Shown one piece after another: positions 51,480 to 64,000 of a DNA stretch of 64,000 bases (position 1 is its first letter; every line of letters begins with the position of its first letter). The DNA lies in the NCBI RefSeq assembly GCF_006345805.1, contig NC_043018.1:17174001-17238000 (forward strand). Direction: 5' to 3'. The position numbers were made by a program, and so were the translations under genes. The notes beneath the pieces were generated by a model, which saw only the letters and a program-made list of their open reading frames with translations, was not told the origin of the DNA and did not search any database. The DNA comes from Octopus sinensis (Eukaryota).

Positions 51480-51765
51480 TCATTATGATCGACATCATCG
51501 CTGTCACCATCTTTACCACCGACATCGTCCAACCTCCATCACCGTCGTCGACAACGACGTCCTCATCATTATAAACCTCGCTGTCATCGTCGTCATCATC
51601 AACATCATCATTTTCGACATCATCATCGTTGTAGTCGACATGGTCAAGATCATTAAGCTCCCCGTCCTGATCATCATCATCATCATCCTCATTATCATCG
51701 TTGCTAACACCGTACTCTTTATCATCATCAGTGTCGTCGCTGTCGGATGCATATTTATTCCTGTC
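51480..51765. repeat. Cryptic (GAT/GAC)n simple repeat; possible Asp-rich exon on minus (51517-51764)
   Basis: Degenerate trinucleotide tract; the minus frame is open and Asp-rich. Confidence 0.7.
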
Positions 51766-51833
51766 TACAGGACTAATTAATGGAATATAATTGGTCACGT
51801 GTAATTGAAGCAGCCTTGGTATGCTATGCTATG

Positions 51834-51868
<35 letters not shown>

Positions 51869-52017
51869 ATATATATATATATTATGTCATCTCGTTCGTA
51901 ATGTGCGTACTTTTATATTTTCAATTCATAAACGCTTCAACAGTATTTCCGAATGTCTACTGACTTCAAGTAAAGTTTATATGTATTTGGACATATTTAA
52001 ACTACTTAAATTTCATT

Positions 52018-52730
52018 TTACAGGATAACCTGGTTGAAATTTCACTAATCATAGCTCTTCAAACATGAAAGTGTCGAAGGAGCATTTGAAGCAAGCGCAT
52101 ACGGTTTTATGAGTTAAAAAAGGGGGGACTCTGCAGCTGAACCGATTCGAAATATTCAGTCAGCTTATGGAGAGGTGTGTCGTGTAAAAGAGAACTTGCA
52201 AAAGATGGTTTGTAAAATTCGAAGTGCAGATTTCGACCTTCAAGATTATCGCATTAGTTAGTAGCAACTCAAAGTGGATGACTCCTGTGCAATCCCACGA
52301 AACAGAGAGAAGAACCTTCTTTGCATGGACTTCCCTTTTCGGTTGTGGTTGGACTTTTCCCCCTTCATCGAGCGCCAGTGTCTACGATGCTGAACATTTT
52401 GATGAGGGACCCATTTTTCGCAAACGATCACCAATTTGTCCAAAAACAGCGAAATGAATTTACGAGAACGAAGAGAAAAGTACTTTGAGTTGCTACCAAC
52501 TAATGCAATAATCAATGCTCGAATCTGCTGTCAGCAATTAGCATCTGAACGCTGCTTCAAAAAATGGCCTGCTTTAGTGAAGTGAAAGGGAGTGGTGTTT
52601 CATCAGGACAATGCTAGACCTCACATTGTAACCATGAAAACTATATTGACAATTAAGTTCCATTAAAATCTGACATTAATCACGTTTTCCTTATTTAAAA
52701 TCCGGACATTACTTATGGGATGTCCTGATA
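52018..52730 (+). mobile_element. Internally deleted mariner element
   Basis: MKVSKEHL.. start at 52065, YFELLP region, GVVFHQDNARPH at ~52590-52624, TIR-like CATTACTTATGGGATGTCCTGA before TA. Confidence 0.82.
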
Positions 52731-52760
52731 TATATATATATATAATATATATATATATAT

Positions 52761-52791
<31 letters not shown>

Positions 52792-52834
52792 ATATGTGCC
52801 AATTAGTTGGTGGTCATGATAAAACTTAGAGTTC

Positions 52835-52940
52835 CGGATACCGGGGCTGAAGTCTGCTCCGGGATCTTCTCAGTTATTAAGACAAGAATTTTTCTGTATA
52901 ACTGAGGAGATACAGGAGCAGACTTCAGCCCCGGTATCCG
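52835..52940. repeat. 43-bp-stem hairpin with 20-nt loop
   Basis: Outer 26 bp perfect (CGGATACCGGGGCTGAAGTCTGCTCC); inner 17 bp have 2 mismatches and 1 G-U pair. Confidence 0.93.
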
Positions 52941-52989
52941 ACAACCAACATATGTATAGATAAATTCCTCTATGTTACATAATTGTTGT

Positions 52990-52991
52990 CA

Positions 52992-53078
<87 letters not shown>
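52990..53078. repeat. (TAT)n microsatellite
   Basis: Seen directly. Confidence 0.96.
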
Positions 53079-53081
<3 letters not shown>

Positions 53082-53093
53082 ATACGTACATAC

Positions 53094-53126
<33 letters not shown>

Positions 53127-53522
53127 ATTGAAAACCAAGAGCGGAATAGAGATTTGTTGAGTTCCAAAATATTTTAATTAAAACTTTTTGTACAGCATAT
53201 ATAACAATGACCAACATATGTTTCTACAACACCGACTGAACATTGCTTTTTATGCAATTATACCCCTTAATTGCTACAAATTCACCTTAAAATAATCACT
53301 GACTACGTTTTCAAACCGAAATTTTTTAAAACAGGCTTCCTGCGTTGATATTCACTCGAAGGTAAAAGTATTACCTTTTAGAAGTTCAGTAAACCGTCAT
53401 TGGTTTTACGCAAAGCGTTTCGGCGAAGCTGTGTGAGTCTTCAACGGACGGTTCAGTCTATGAAATAGGCCGTTGTACTTCTCTTAAATGCTGTATTATT
53501 ATTTTGACTTGCTGTTTTGCAG

Positions 53523-53680
53523 AAACTGCAATTTACTGAGACAAACACACCGATTTTCAAGGGTTCCTGTTTTACATAATGGGAACGATATGCAATTAAA
53601 AACGTATTTAGTCTGTTTAGAGCAAAGCAAAAATGTTCACCGTTGTCCCAATTATGAGTTTACAGGTGATACTGAAAGTC
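53523..53680 (+). CDS. Candidate 158-nt exon (NCNLLRQTHRFSRVPVLHNGNDMQLKTYLVCLEQSKNVHRCPNYEFTGDTES)
   Basis: Strong acceptor ttttgacttgctgttttgcag, consensus donor |gtgagt, one open frame. Confidence 0.3.
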
Positions 53681-55020
53681 GTGAGTAGTAAGTTTCGTTT
53701 GTCAGTAATCGGAATACAATCCAACACAATACATTTATGCGACTTCTCTTCTCACAGATATAAGAAACTGGACATTGAGAGAAGAATCATTTAATATTTT
53801 ATTCAACAGAATACAATTATGCGCAATACTGTCTTGAACAAATTCTCTCTTGATAGAATACTATTGAATATATCTCTATCGGATTATGCATGATATAATC
53901 CCACTGAAATTTCCCAGAATCCATTAATATTTTATTCGAAGAAATGATTGCAGTCGCTATGTATAATCAATTCTCTGCTATTTTCCCGATGTTTATATAT
54001 TTTAGATGCGATTGTCGTTTTCTGATGACTGTATTGTCGTATTGTGAGAAACAGAAGGATTTGTTATGAAATATTTAACACACACACACATACACACACA
54101 CACGCCAAGACACACATATGCGCACACACACACATATATATGGGCGTGTGTGTGTGTGCATGCGAGAACGTCGGTATAACCAGATATTTTTTCCTCTTGA
54201 GAAACATTTAAGATATCTTAACATTGTGATGTTAAATACTCAAAATGGTGGAATGTCTTTTGTGCCCAAACAATATTTTTTATTGGATCTCTGAAAGGCT
54301 TGTCGTTTTATTCCTCCTCTAAACCGCAATTTTCTTCCTCCTTCTTCAACTACATCTTCTTTCCTTTCGCTCTTACCATTCCTTCTATCGCATTGTTCCT
54401 GTCTTGTAATATCATTCAAATTCATCATTACTTTGCGATGGTTAAATGGAAAAAAACTTTCAATCACTACATTTACATTGATTCTAAGTTGATGTATACA
54501 ATTTGAAATTCAGCATATTTCCATTTTTAGGGCAATTTTACAGTTTTTACATTTCATTATCTTTTAATTCATATATGTGTACATTGTACATGGGCAGTGA
54601 CATTTGTCTTGTGACAGTGGTGGCTCCTGATGCCTGTCTGTCTATCTGCCTGGCCATCTCATCTCTTTTTTTATATATGTATGTGTTTGTCTGTCTGACT
54701 GTCTGCATGTGAAGATAGATAGAAAGGTGGGGAGAGAGAGAGAGAGAGAGGGAGAGAGAGAGAGGGAGAGAATTAAAAGTCTTTGGGTCAAACTTGGTTT
54801 TAAATGCCTGGTCATGCTCTGCCACCCATTTTTGGTACCAAAGCTATGGTATATTTCATCACTTTGTCACTTTGTGTCATTCCTGCATTCAATGGCATAT
54901 CAGTGATTTGATGTTCCTTACTCTTCCAGCAATGTCCAGCCAAACAAACTACTCATTTTCTAAAACGAGACACAAACAAAAAAAATGATGTCGAAAGAAA
55001 CAGTATATATATATTAAACA

Positions 55021-55241
55021 TATAATTTAGGGTATCCAAGATATACCGCCACGCTGGAAATAGCAGACAAAACCTGACTCTAAAACTACATTAAATGTTC
55101 ATGCGGCACCAGGCGAGAAACCAAAAAGACAAAAAATTAAACTAGCAAAAAATGACTGAATAATTCCAGGTCCCGGTTTGAGATTCAGCTTTTGGCTGCT
55201 ATTTTCAGCGTGGTGGTATCTCTTAGATACCTTAAATTATA
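55021..55241. mobile_element. MITE-like element with ~60-bp imperfect TIRs
   Basis: TATAATTTAGGGTATCCAAGATATACCGCCACGCTGGAAATAGCAG vs CTGCTATTTTCAGCGTGGTGGTATCTCTTAGATACCTTAAATTATA. Confidence 0.7.
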
Positions 55242-55389
55242 ACTTTTATGATAATCATTACATTTGAAGGTTTTTATTCCCATGCTGTCCACTTGATAAG
55301 ATCGATATTTAAATTAACGATCTTATCCTTATATACATTATATATATATATATATATATTATTATATAATATATATATATATATATATA

Positions 55390-56566
55390 TAAAACATTAT
55401 TGGTGAATTGAAGAAATGGAGCTGAACGCAGATTGAACAGAAATCGTTTTATTTCATTCTACACGTGTTTCGAAAGGCACAAATTACCAAAATCCGATTG
55501 AATAATGGACCATATTGTGTCTTCTCTTCAGGAAGAAAAAAGGAAATCCGTTGGAAAAACAAAAACAGAACAGAGGCGGAGCAAAAACAAAATCGAACTG
55601 TGCTCCTAAGAGCCCATGGCGAAACTGTTTATCATTGTATGTTGAGAACCGGTGGCTGAAGAATTCAACAGGTCAGGCATCGGTCAATCATGTGGGTGAG
55701 GGTGTATAGATGTTCTTTGTGACCGAGAATAAAGTTCTGACTATTTAAGGAATATTGGATTTTTATGAGGGGCGAGAAAAAATCTACTTAGAGACGTGTG
55801 TGTGTTATACTGTTCTATGTATGTGTGTGTTGGCGTAGGGGTAGAAAACATTTTTTGGTACGTGTGTGCGTTTGATCGTTCGGCTGTCAGTGGCTACTGC
55901 CGTGATAACCGTTGGGTGGCAGAAAGAAAAAAATTTTAAAAAAAATATATATATATTATGTTTTAGTGTGGTGTGTGTTCATCTAAGCCTGCCTTGTCAA
56001 GAAACCCCCCGCTGTGAAAAAAACCAAGCCCCGTTTGTCTTACAGGAGTAATTCCCCTTGCAGTGGTTAATCGTAGATATCTTAAAGGCTATTTCAGAAT
56101 TTGTTACCAAGGGCTATGGGTGCCGGTATTATTTATAAACGCTATTTAAAGGCCAGATAAGTGTAACGCCGCCAATGGGGGCATCGAAAAGCCGACTGTA
56201 AGAGCCCGTTCACCATCCGGCCTCTGGCAAACAAAATATGGAAGAGTTCGGAGACACAAAGGTTGCACTGTGTTCTCAACATACAATGATAAACAGTTTC
56301 ACCGGTTCTCAACATACAATGATAAACAGTTTCGCCCTGGGCTCTTAGGAGCACAGTTCGATTTGTTTTTTGCTCCGCCTCTGTTCTGTTTTTGTTTTTC
56401 CAACGGATTTCCTTTTTTCTTCCTGAAGAGAAAGACACAATATGGTCCCATTATTCAATCGGATTTTGGTAATTTGTGCCTTTCGAAACACGTGTAGAAT
56501 GAAATAAAACGATTTCTGTTCAATCTGCGTTCAGCTCCATTTCTTCAATTCACCAATAATGTTTTA
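55390..56566. mobile_element. Foldback-like element: ~265-bp inverted arms (55390-55653 and 56300-56566), ~645-bp spacer
   Basis: Arms about 98% identical; 33-bp tandem duplication at the inner edge of the right arm; no clear TSD. Confidence 0.8.
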
Positions 56567-56714
56567 ATTTCAATTATCCGCACCAACGCACGGTTGCAAC
56601 GCCAGATGGTTGTACCTCCAACCGTGCTGTTTACTGCTGTGATTTTTGCTACTAAGGTATCGGTTAAACTTTTGATTAATCTACTACAAGATTATTCATC
56701 TTTCTATTTCACAA

Positions 56715-56767
<53 letters not shown>

Positions 56768-57465
56768 ACAAATTGTTTAAAATACAAATTCAGTGGATGC
56801 GTATTACTTAACATCGAACTAAATATTCGTTGAAAAACATAGTAAGATATTTCTAGAAAAATCTCGAAGGATGTCGACTAATTAGTATTGAGTATTCTCT
56901 ACATTTACAATTATTTTCTGCTTGTTAAGCATTTTATTATTTCTTACATTAACTTTTAATAAGATATTGTATTATCATCGTGTAACTTTTAGCCTTAAAC
57001 ACATCATCACAACAAAAATATTTAAATGTTTTCTTTTCTTTATTGGTTATAGAAATATTTATTACGTTCCCGCAAGAATATTTATTGACAGTCACTTCGA
57101 AGTTCCAGCCGGCTTAGCTGTCGCCGACTGCAATGCATTGCAGTTAATCTTGACTTCATATAGGCTCTGTTCAGTTAAAACTTCCTTGAGTTCGTGGATT
57201 TAAGTGGAATGGTAATTAATGGGTTAGGTAAATTTTTGTAATGGATCTTTTAAGAGTTCACAAAAGGATAGAAGCAGGTTGTATACCTTAGTTGGTCAGA
57301 TTCTTTACCTGTGATTCTTGTTATTTAGGTTATTCCCTGTTAGTATTTGGAAGGTGGAGGTTAGTACCCTGGAATGTCAGGGTGCTGTATGTATAGGCAT
57401 TTGTTTATTTTCTCCTTTGATGTTCACAAGAAGATGTGGGTGAGAGGAAACATTTTTGGTTATTA

Positions 57466-57663
57466 TTTTCATCTAATTAATGAGTAATTTTCATCTAATT
57501 AATGAGTAATTGTTCTATAAAAAATTGGAATAATAAGTAAAAATTTTAATATTTGTGTTTTAGGGTTGAAGAGTAATTTTCATCTAATTAATGAGTAATT
57601 GTTCTAAAAAAATTGGAATAATAAATAAAACTTTTTAGCTTTGTGTTTTATGGTTGAAGAGTT
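57466..57663. repeat. Tandem duplication, 89-bp period, plus a 21-bp local duplication
   Basis: GAGTAATTTTCATCTAATTAATGAGTAATTGTTCT.. repeats. Confidence 0.9.
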
Positions 57664-57871
57664 TTGGGGCTAAATACTTACAAGAATGTCTTCAATCCTG
57701 TTTCGGAACTGAGGGATGTATGCGGAAGTGGGTTAATATGAATAGTGCGTATAAACTCATGTGTAAAATAGGTAAAAACTAAAGTTAATTTAAAGATTGA
57801 CTGAAAAATTTCAAATTTCGCAAACAGAGAATTAAACAGAAATGGTTCTTACAACTTATTGTTTTATTGTT

Positions 57872-58290
57872 TTCTTTTACTTGTTTCTGTCATTTGACTG
57901 TGGCTGTGTATTAGCACCACCTTGAGGGATTTTACTTCAACAAAACGACCCCAGGATTATTTAAAGCCTAGTACTTATTCTACCATTTCTTTTGCTGAAC
58001 CGCTAACTTACGGGGACTTACGCACAACACCAGTTGTCAAAGCGGTGATGGGGTACAGGCACAAACACACACACAAAAACGCGCGCGCACACACACGCAC
58101 ACACACATACACACAAATATATGTACATATAGATACGAGGGGGTTTCTTTCAGTTTCTGTCTACCAAATCCACTTACGAGTCTTTGGTCGGTCTGCGGCT
58201 ATAGTAGAAGACATTTGCCAAAGGTGCGACGCAGTGGGACTGAACCCGGAACCATGGGTAGCAAGCTTCTTACCATGCAACCATGCCGTA
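57872..58290 (-). mobile_element. Diverged SINE of family A type
   Basis: Reverse complement of the A head (CAGTGGGACTGAACCCGGAACC) and tail (TTTTACTTGTTTCTGTCATTTGACTG). Confidence 0.8.
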
Positions 58291-58399
58291 TGCAAATATA
58301 TATTTATGTGCGTGCATGCAGGTTTAAGGACTTGCTTAAGAAAATATTTTGTGCAGTGTTTGATTGGATATAGCGAACGGAGGCTCTCTCTCACACACA

Positions 58400-58447
<48 letters not shown>

Positions 58448-59132
58448 TACAAGCGCAAGCATCAACACACATACACACACACACACACACGCATATACAC
58501 ACATCTGTACGTAGAACAGAAACCATTTGGTCTTCGCAATAATGCGACAGGTAGTTATTTGTTCGCTCATGAAAGGTGACTCTGGATGTCATACGGCGGT
58601 ATTAGTTTGCAGAAGCTGAAGTTATGTATAAATTCAAGCTAGGGAATCAGTTTCAGATTCTAGTTATGTGTCTAGAATTATATTTAAGAAGTTAGCAATT
58701 CCTAAACGTGTCCAGAAGCTATCTTTACATGCGCTAAATTTATTTATTCTTCAAGGATAGAATTAGGCAATTTTTGTTTAGCACGCACCGCAGTATATAT
58801 TCCGTGATACATTTGCATAACTCTTCTATAATTGCATAAACTGCAGGGCTGAGAATGGATTATTGAAATGAGGTACGATTGCATATTTACTTGAATATTA
58901 ATTCGAACATTGATGATGTGGAGGATGTCAAAGAACTCGTAAATTGTCGAAATGACCAAAATTTATCTTCCACAAAAATAATACATTGTTGTCTAAATAG
59001 AATATATAACGATTATGATATCGAATATGGTATTCTTCATTTTATTAAGAAATATATTTTACAATAAAAGCATTTTTATTTGAGTAGATTTATATATCAT
59101 GGTTAATAGAATTTTATAATTATAGGAATTTC

Positions 59133-59340
59133 AGATGCAGGAAGGAATTTTGTCAGTGAACAGGTCGCGGTCTTAAAGCGACGAAAATATTTCGACAGAC
59201 TAAACTAAAATGTTGAAGTAAATCGAACGGCTTTTGCGTGTTTCTTAAATGGCTTACAAACACCTTCCACGCTGCAAATGTTTTCGTTCCAGCACACGAT
59301 CTCATCTCAAATCACTTGCTATGCAAGTACATCTCCGTAA
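59133..59340 (+). mobile_element. Full-length family H element with G3:C8 hammerhead variant at 59149-59199
   Basis: UUUGUCA GUGAACA G GUCGC[GGUCUUAAA]GCGAC GAAAAUAUUU/CGACAGA. Confidence 0.87.
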
Positions 59341-59666
59341 TTTCAGATATGATTTTAAGAAAATCAGCAATAAATGTAATTTTATGACTAATTTAAATCT
59401 TTGGTGCCTATTTCAAAATCCTTTTCTTGGCAAGAGGTGTATAAAAAATGCAGGTGTATCCCATCGTATAACTCATATGGTAATGTTTCATTTTCTTAAC
59501 GCTATTAACTGTGATAATAGCTCATACAAAAGGAAAACTATAAGATTCCTGCCTTTCTTCCAGGCATTAACGGGCTAACGAAAACTGAAATGTTTAAAAC
59601 AGAGATTGAACCAACTTCACATTTTAAACTTAAATGAAAATCTCTTCATATCATACGCCTCTTATA

Positions 59667-60061
59667 TCTATATATATAAAAGAAAGGTTGTGTGTCTGTC
59701 TCCTACGATTTAGATTCCTAACTACTCCCACATTTTGCGGTGCAGTTTAACCAAAACCGGGTATCTTATAATCGTGATTCATATCGAGCCCTCCTGGGTA
59801 TTAGCGCGCGTCTACGATGAGTCTACGATTTAAAAAAAAATTACCATCATTTTTTTTCCATTTTAATGTTTTTTCGCTATTATATAAGGGAAGTAACTCT
59901 CTAAAAAGGTCTACGATGAGTCAACGATTTTAAAAAAAATACCATAATTTTTTTTTCCATTTTTAATGCATTTTTTGGCCAGTTTTTGGCTATAACTCTC
60001 TAAAAATGCTTATATAGTTATTTCCCTTACAAATCCGAGCAACGCCGGGCGATACTGCTAG
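59667..60061 (+). mobile_element. Non-autonomous Helitron
   Basis: A|TC...CCGAGCAACGCCGGG..CTAG|T. Confidence 0.9.
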
Positions 60062-60704
60062 TCTCTAATAAAGATGGATATTACAAAGGCAAAGCTCCTT
60101 GTAATCAGGTCTGAAAATTGACACGTATCCAAGTATTCAAACTTTGTTGATCTAAAGAAGGGTGGACCTTATCAGAGAATTTGTCAAATCAGATAAATCA
60201 ATTATGAAACTTCAGATCAGCAATTTTATATCTTATTTCTGTTATACAACAATGCTTGATGTCTCATGTTTATCTAGAAATATATCATGTCTGAGAAAAT
60301 ATCCTATCAGAGAAATTGAAATAAAAGTGATTATACTCTTGATACAAAACACAATGAAAGAAATAATTTGCTATGTGATAATAGATTATTATTAGGTAAC
60401 TAGATATCAATGGGATATAACTATAAAATCTATCAACTAAGGTGTTATCACAAGACGTGGGTTTATTTCGTTTGTGTCAGTTGTATGAATTCAATAGAAA
60501 GAGGGCGGCGACAAAATAAATAGCTTCGATGGTGTATTGATTGAATAAAAGCGCTGGAAGATAAGATCATTTATCTATCGTTTGCGCTTATCTCTCAACA
60601 CACCGACTATATGTCGAAAGCCCAACACTAAAGAACGTCTGTCCGAACATATAATTTATACGCCAATGTAAATATAAGATATAAGTACGTATGGATGTTC
60701 TATT

Positions 60705-61330
<626 letters not shown>

Positions 61331-61904
61331 GAGGAGAATTCGTTATAGGTATGAGAATATATACTAAAGAATTATAAAAAATTGAAGATGTTGAAACAAA
61401 TATATTGATTAAAAAACTGGACTCAACTTGGGTTGTAAATAACCCGATTTCCCTTATTGTCCCATCTGTGTTCTCTAATTGTATCTTATTTTATTTTTAT
61501 TTGTATTGTTACTTTTATTTTCTATTTTCAATTATAATCATTATCACTATGATTTAAATTTTTTCTTACATTTTTTGTATTGTTTTTCGAAACGTATGTA
61601 TGCATTGAATCAAATTTTATAATAAATATATTCCAATTTCAACATCTTTTCCCCATTTTTTTTATACTGCTTTATGTTATATAGTTATACCTATAACGAA
61701 TCTCCTCAAATATTTTTTTCATATTCTTTTTACCTGTTTTGGCTTATTTTCATTAATATGATGAATCCATATAAGAAATCTCCTTTTCTCTCGTTTTAGA
61801 TTCCCCCCAAAGTTTGAATAGTTTTGTTTTAACTTACCTTTTCTCACATACGCATCTGCTTATTATTATACATCATTATGATAAGTAAGAAGCCGATTTC
61901 TAGT

Positions 61905-62640
61905 AAAATATAAAAAAAGAGACGATAAATTTGGAAGCATCTCTCAAAGACATCCCTTACCCACACGTAAGGAATATATTAAAGATATTATGGATAAATT
62001 CCACGATATCTCTAAAAGAATCAGATGGAAATCTTTCTTCTTTGAAAAACGCTATGGCACAGACGAAATAAATACGGATACCAGCAATGAACTTTCAGAT
62101 ATTAGAAAGAGTTTTAAATCTAGACGTACCCCTCATGCTAATAGGATAATAGAATATTTTGAAGGCAATTTTGGAGATTACTACACAATATTATGTTTAC
62201 GAAAAATATCCCAAAGAACAATCACCTACGATTCTTGTGTAATATGGTCAACCAGCTTCGACTAGCAGAAGATATTATTGTCCAGTCAGATAAAACAGGA
62301 AATCTGTATAATTTTGATATTGACTAATACAAGAAACGTCTACATAGAGCGATAACTAGCAAATATAAAGTCATCAGCGAAGTTGTTCTTAACAACGACT
62401 TAATAGCTAAGAAGATAGTGAGTGATTACAAAGTCGATGACGTCACTGAAATATGCTAACCTTCTAGACCCAGGATTACCCTGAAGGAGCATAAACTAAA
62501 TGTTCATTCAGATACGAAAGTGCGAAACGATGGGAAACTTAGTAAACTTTTGGATAAATACCTTAATAAATACTTTAAATTCAGGATAAATACCATAATG
62601 TCCTTAAATCAAGTTATATTCCACACTCTCAAACACACTG
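61905..62640 (+). mobile_element. Decayed Penelope-like element, N-terminal region
   Basis: SLKDIP..KRIRWKSFFFEK..FKSRRTP..SDKTGNLY..ITLKEHKLN match conserved PLE N-terminal/RT-proximal motifs; frameshifted. Confidence 0.72.
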
Positions 62641-62665
62641 GAAACTATAAGATGGTTGCATTGCT

Positions 62666-62706
<41 letters not shown>

Positions 62707-62924
62707 TCTACGCACACACACATATATATACATATATATATTAAAAGACTGAACGTAGTAAAATTAGAGCAACATTTCTTTTCTAGATTGAAGATTCCTT
62801 GATATAATAATTGCTCAAAGTGGGGAACTCGAACTCACCTACCTACCCATCAGGCATGGGATACATTTTTTATATGAAAATCATATTTTATGAGGGATTC
62901 CTTAACGACGGAGTAAACTAATAT

Positions 62925-63128
62925 ATAAAGTTAATCCAAACATGAAAACACAAAGAGAAAACACAACAACGCGAGGACGTGGAACAAGTAGAGTATTATA
63001 GGACGCTCTGGAAGGAAGGGAAGAAGGAGGGTTTAACGTTTCGAGCGGAGCTCTTCGTCAGAAACATAAGAAAAAAAAAGATCCAGATATGGGAAGAAGG
63101 AGGGAAAAAATCGCCAACGGTACACACC
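62925..63128 (-). mobile_element. ~200-bp non-coding repeat carrying an intact minimal hammerhead
   Basis: Its tail (TTTCATGTTTGGATTAACTTTAT) also occurs at ~28335-28360 on the plus strand. Confidence 0.65.
63031..63065 (-). ncRNA. Intact minimal type I hammerhead ribozyme motif
   Basis: GUUU CUGACGA A GAGC[UCC]GCUC GAAA CG UU/AAAC: all core nucleotides present, AACGUU palindrome, 4-bp stems I and II. Confidence 0.78.
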
Positions 63129-63762
63129 AATATAAACTAATATAATATATAATATAATATAATATAAATTAATATATACTTTGATTATCTTTGCGATGAT
63201 ATTTGAAGTGTTACCAATAAAATATTGGAGATATTAGATATCGAAACAAAATATAAAACCGAAATGTATTAGGGGTGTTAGCATATTTTTCGAAAACAGG
63301 ATATATAAACAATGAGAACTAGCAAGGGCTATTCTTTAAAGAATTATATGGTAGTAGGAAACATAAAGGAGAATATCCAAATAAGGAATTGCGATTTAAG
63401 TAATTGATTATTTCGGCAAATATGGCTAATGTAATTTTGATGTATGGACGGTTTTCTATGATTCTGAAAATTTGAAATGTGAAGCCTCTGGATATCGGAG
63501 TGTTGGACGCGTCAAAGGTTAAAATATCTGACGCAATAATGTAATGTAATAGATGCGTTGTGATTCAAGGGGTTATGTTCCCTAGATGATGCTAGGCATG
63601 TGTGTGTGTGTAAAGGGGAGGGGGCTACCGAAAGTATTTTATCATACAGTGAAAGTGAAAAATGTTTGTACGTTCGTGGAAGCTTGACAGAGTTTATATA
63701 TATATAAATAAATAAATATATATATTTTAATTATAGAATAAACTAAATTCAGCAAGTAATTT

Positions 63763-63803
<41 letters not shown>

Positions 63804-64000
63804 TATACGTGCATATATACACAGAATTTCGAAACACACATACACTCACAAGCTTTCTTGAAAATAGCAGGCAGCCCAGCAAGCTGAAGGAGGGAATTAT
63901 TTGACCAATCCACAATAGGAGAAGCGGAAGAGATTCCAAAAACCATAGGCCTATTTCTGTGACTTCACACATTAGCAAAGTCAGGTAAGGGATATTCAGA

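Noticed and set aside
57180-57450. Possible further Penelope fragment on the minus strand
   Set aside because: No diagnostic motif could be read with confidence.

Overview
AT-rich, microsatellite-dense animal genomic DNA. The SINE families and repeat content point to an octopus (inference from repeat recognition). Almost every ORF in the supplied track is spurious: a microsatellite or a SINE read in another frame. I can support about 17 tRNA-derived SINE copies in several families (many with target-site duplications), 4 non-autonomous Helitrons, and decayed Tc1, mariner, R4/Dong-like and two Penelope-like remnants. There are also several long inverted repeats and a few low-confidence spliced exons of unidentified genes. 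No rRNA, true tRNA gene or CRISPR array was seen. The main unexpected signal is a set of at least five unrelated short repeat families that each carry a type I hammerhead ribozyme (HHR) fold. One ~205-bp family, with 3 copies plus an inverted partial copy, has the core GUGAACA instead of CUGANGA, a natural compensatory swap of the C3-G8 pair. Another is a tRNA-headed SINE fused to an HHR tail, and a third is a 392-bp tandem unit with one HHR per unit. All folds were derived by eye; none has been tested.
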